NCBI RefSeq assembly: GCF_000143415.4
Contig: NW_003314262.1
Span: 4,958,389 to 5,022,388, forward strand
DNA from: Selaginella moellendorffii
Lineage: Eukaryota > Plantae > Lycopodiophyta
DNA length: 64,000 nt
Direction of reading: 5' to 3'
Shown here: one piece after another, positions 62,097-64,000 of the stretch
Numbering within the stretch: the stretch's first letter is position 1
How the letters are laid out: the number at the start of each line of letters is the position of its first letter
Translations under genes and position numbers: made by a program
Notes under the pieces: model-generated
Told to the model about the DNA's origin: nothing
The model's input: the letters and a program-made list of their open reading frames with translations, nothing else
Databases searched by the model: none

Positions 62097-63628
62097 CTAG
62101 ATAGGTATCAGCTTGCGCCATCTTAAGAAGAGGATGACCGAAGCAAAGAAGAAAACTCCAACGAGCCCGGAGACAGTGATGATCCACTTGAAAGCCCAAG
62201 GGCGATCCGTCAGGGGAAGTGGAATGTTCATACCAAAAATGCCAGCAATGATGCTATAGAACGCCATCACAAACGTTGCCGTGGTCAGAATGAGCTCGAA
62301 CTGAATAAGCTGATTCCGAACATGATCCTGTCACCCAAGACTTTAGTAACACATGTGGAGAAAGACGAGCTTACCAAATTAATATTGATCAAGTCTTCCG
62401 TGTCCTCGATATATTCTTCCAGCTGCAAGGTCATAGCTTGGGTCAATCATGTAGTTCTAGTACGAAATGTGAGACTTACAGAGGTCAGCTTGTTGAGAAT
62501 CCCGTCGACCACCACAAAATAGGCTTCCAAAAGCATCTCCACTTCATCCACTCCCTCTGCGTTACTTTCGGAGTTCATTCTGTCCAGCTTGTGCTTCCCA
62601 ATGCTCTGGAGCTTTTCTAAAGTCCGTGCAGCTTGTGGAGAACCAACAGGTGAGACAGGCGCGGACGCAGACATTACCGCAAACACGTTTCCAGCTTCTT
62701 TCTTTTTGGTAAGATAGAGTTCCGCCATGTCCTCGTCGTCATCCATGAGCTGCTCGATCTCATCACGAACCTTCAAAAAATTCAAGTTAGAACACCCAGA
62801 AAATAGAGCAAGGTAGCACTTACCCGTTCCACTCGACGTTTCAAGCCAACTAGCCGACTTTTGAGTCGTCTAACGCGCTCCAGGTTCAAGGTGCTGATCC
62901 TCGACGCAAGCTTCTCCAGCAGAGGATATGCTTCATCTTCCAGCTCTGCAGTCTGATACCGAAAAGTTTAGAAAACGCTCGAGGTAGTTAAAAAAATTTA
63001 AAAAATTTAAAAATTTAAAAAATAAAACAGGAAAAAAACTCGTTACCTGTGCATCCAAGACCACGCAAGCCGTTTCTAAAGCAACCTCGAGTGCCTTCAG
63101 CTCAAACGGCAGCGCGTTCACGGACAAACCATCCAAAAGTTCCTCGTGATGGTTTGCTTGGGGAGAGGAGCTGTTGGGCTCTTTAAAATCGTAGCTCGAC
63201 ACATCAATCTTCTTACTTCCCGGAGATCGCCACTCGAAAGTCCCAGCATTGATGTGCTTGTTTGGAGCTATGCGTCTTCTTAGCTCACTCACGAACTGCA
63301 ACACGTAGCTATCCAGCGAGTTGAGCACCAGTACCTCATCCGCGGTGATCACACACCGGATTTGCTCCAAGTTCACGACGATCGCCTTCTCCCTCCCCAG
63401 GATCGTGGACGGATACACGAACAGAGGGTCCAGCAGGCGAAGATCACGACCTGGGAGCTGGCAGCGGCGCATTACCGTGAACTTGTCGGCCTCAAGAACG
63501 TGAGAGTTCCCGGCTGTATCGATTCTAATCCAGGACCTCACTCCAAGAGCTCGTTTCTTGGGGTCGATGACGAGCAGCGATGGCCGCTCGCGATCCCTGC
63601 CGAGCAACGGCGCCTTCAAATCCCCCAT
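62097..63628 (-). CDS. MRS2: MRS2/MGT CorA-family magnesium transporter
   Basis: LPGRDLRLLDPLFVYPSTILGREKAIVVNLEQIRC, LPFELKALEVALE, VRDEIEQLMDDDEDMAELYLT, EMLLEAYF, GIFGMNI; stop at 62097-62099. Confidence 0.95.
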
Positions 63629-64000
63629 CCCGCTCACCTCCAGAGCTTATTCCATCAACCAGTCGGCGCGCTAAGCGAGCGCGAGTCGCTGGAAAGAACC
63701 GGCATTCTCACGATCGTCGCGACGAACCTGTGCCGCTGCCGCTGCTCCGAAGAACTATCGCTGCCCTAAAGAAGAACTACAGTGTTGGAGGGATCGACGT
63801 GGCAAAGAGCATGCGCTTTCCATATTTGATTTTCTAATCTTTTTCTAATGGCTTTGCCCTAACGAATATTCTTCCACTTTGAATTTAAGTATTTGAAAAC
63901 AGGCGGGAAAGGCACTAATACTCTTCGCCCTCGTCTTCGCCCTCTCCCTCAGTGGAATCGGCTCCAACTTCCTCGTAATCCTTCTCTAGCGCCGCCAGAT

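Overview
This is eukaryotic plant nuclear DNA. Very short GT-AG introns (about 45-75 nt), GC-rich genes packed 60-250 bp apart and AT-rich retroelement blocks suggest a compact lycophyte genome such as Selaginella (inference). Recognisable genes: lipoxygenase, LUX/PCL1, an alpha/beta hydrolase, a Cand1-like multi-TM protein, pectin methylesterase, PDX2, a METTL6-like methyltransferase (apparently damaged), CYP94, a Rho_N protein, TRS120/TRAPPC9, a plastid YbaB/EbfC protein, a CONSTANS-like B-box/CCT factor and an MRS2 Mg transporter. Pseudogenes or remnants: two CYP94, an amino-acid transporter, an F-box gene and a bulb lectin. Mobile DNA: three copies of one short-LTR Ty3/gypsy family, a TRIM and a foldback element. 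The most notable observations are: (1) three related STAND/Crinkler-like P-loop NTPase sequences in the first 9 kb, including a >=315-codon ORF missing from the ORF track; (2) a -1 frameshift signal (G GGA AAC plus an H-type pseudoknot) between gag and pol of the gypsy element; (3) a collapsed copy of the TRS120 5' region 35 kb away, head-to-head with the NTPase pseudogene; (4) repeated gene copies collapsed by many small deletions.
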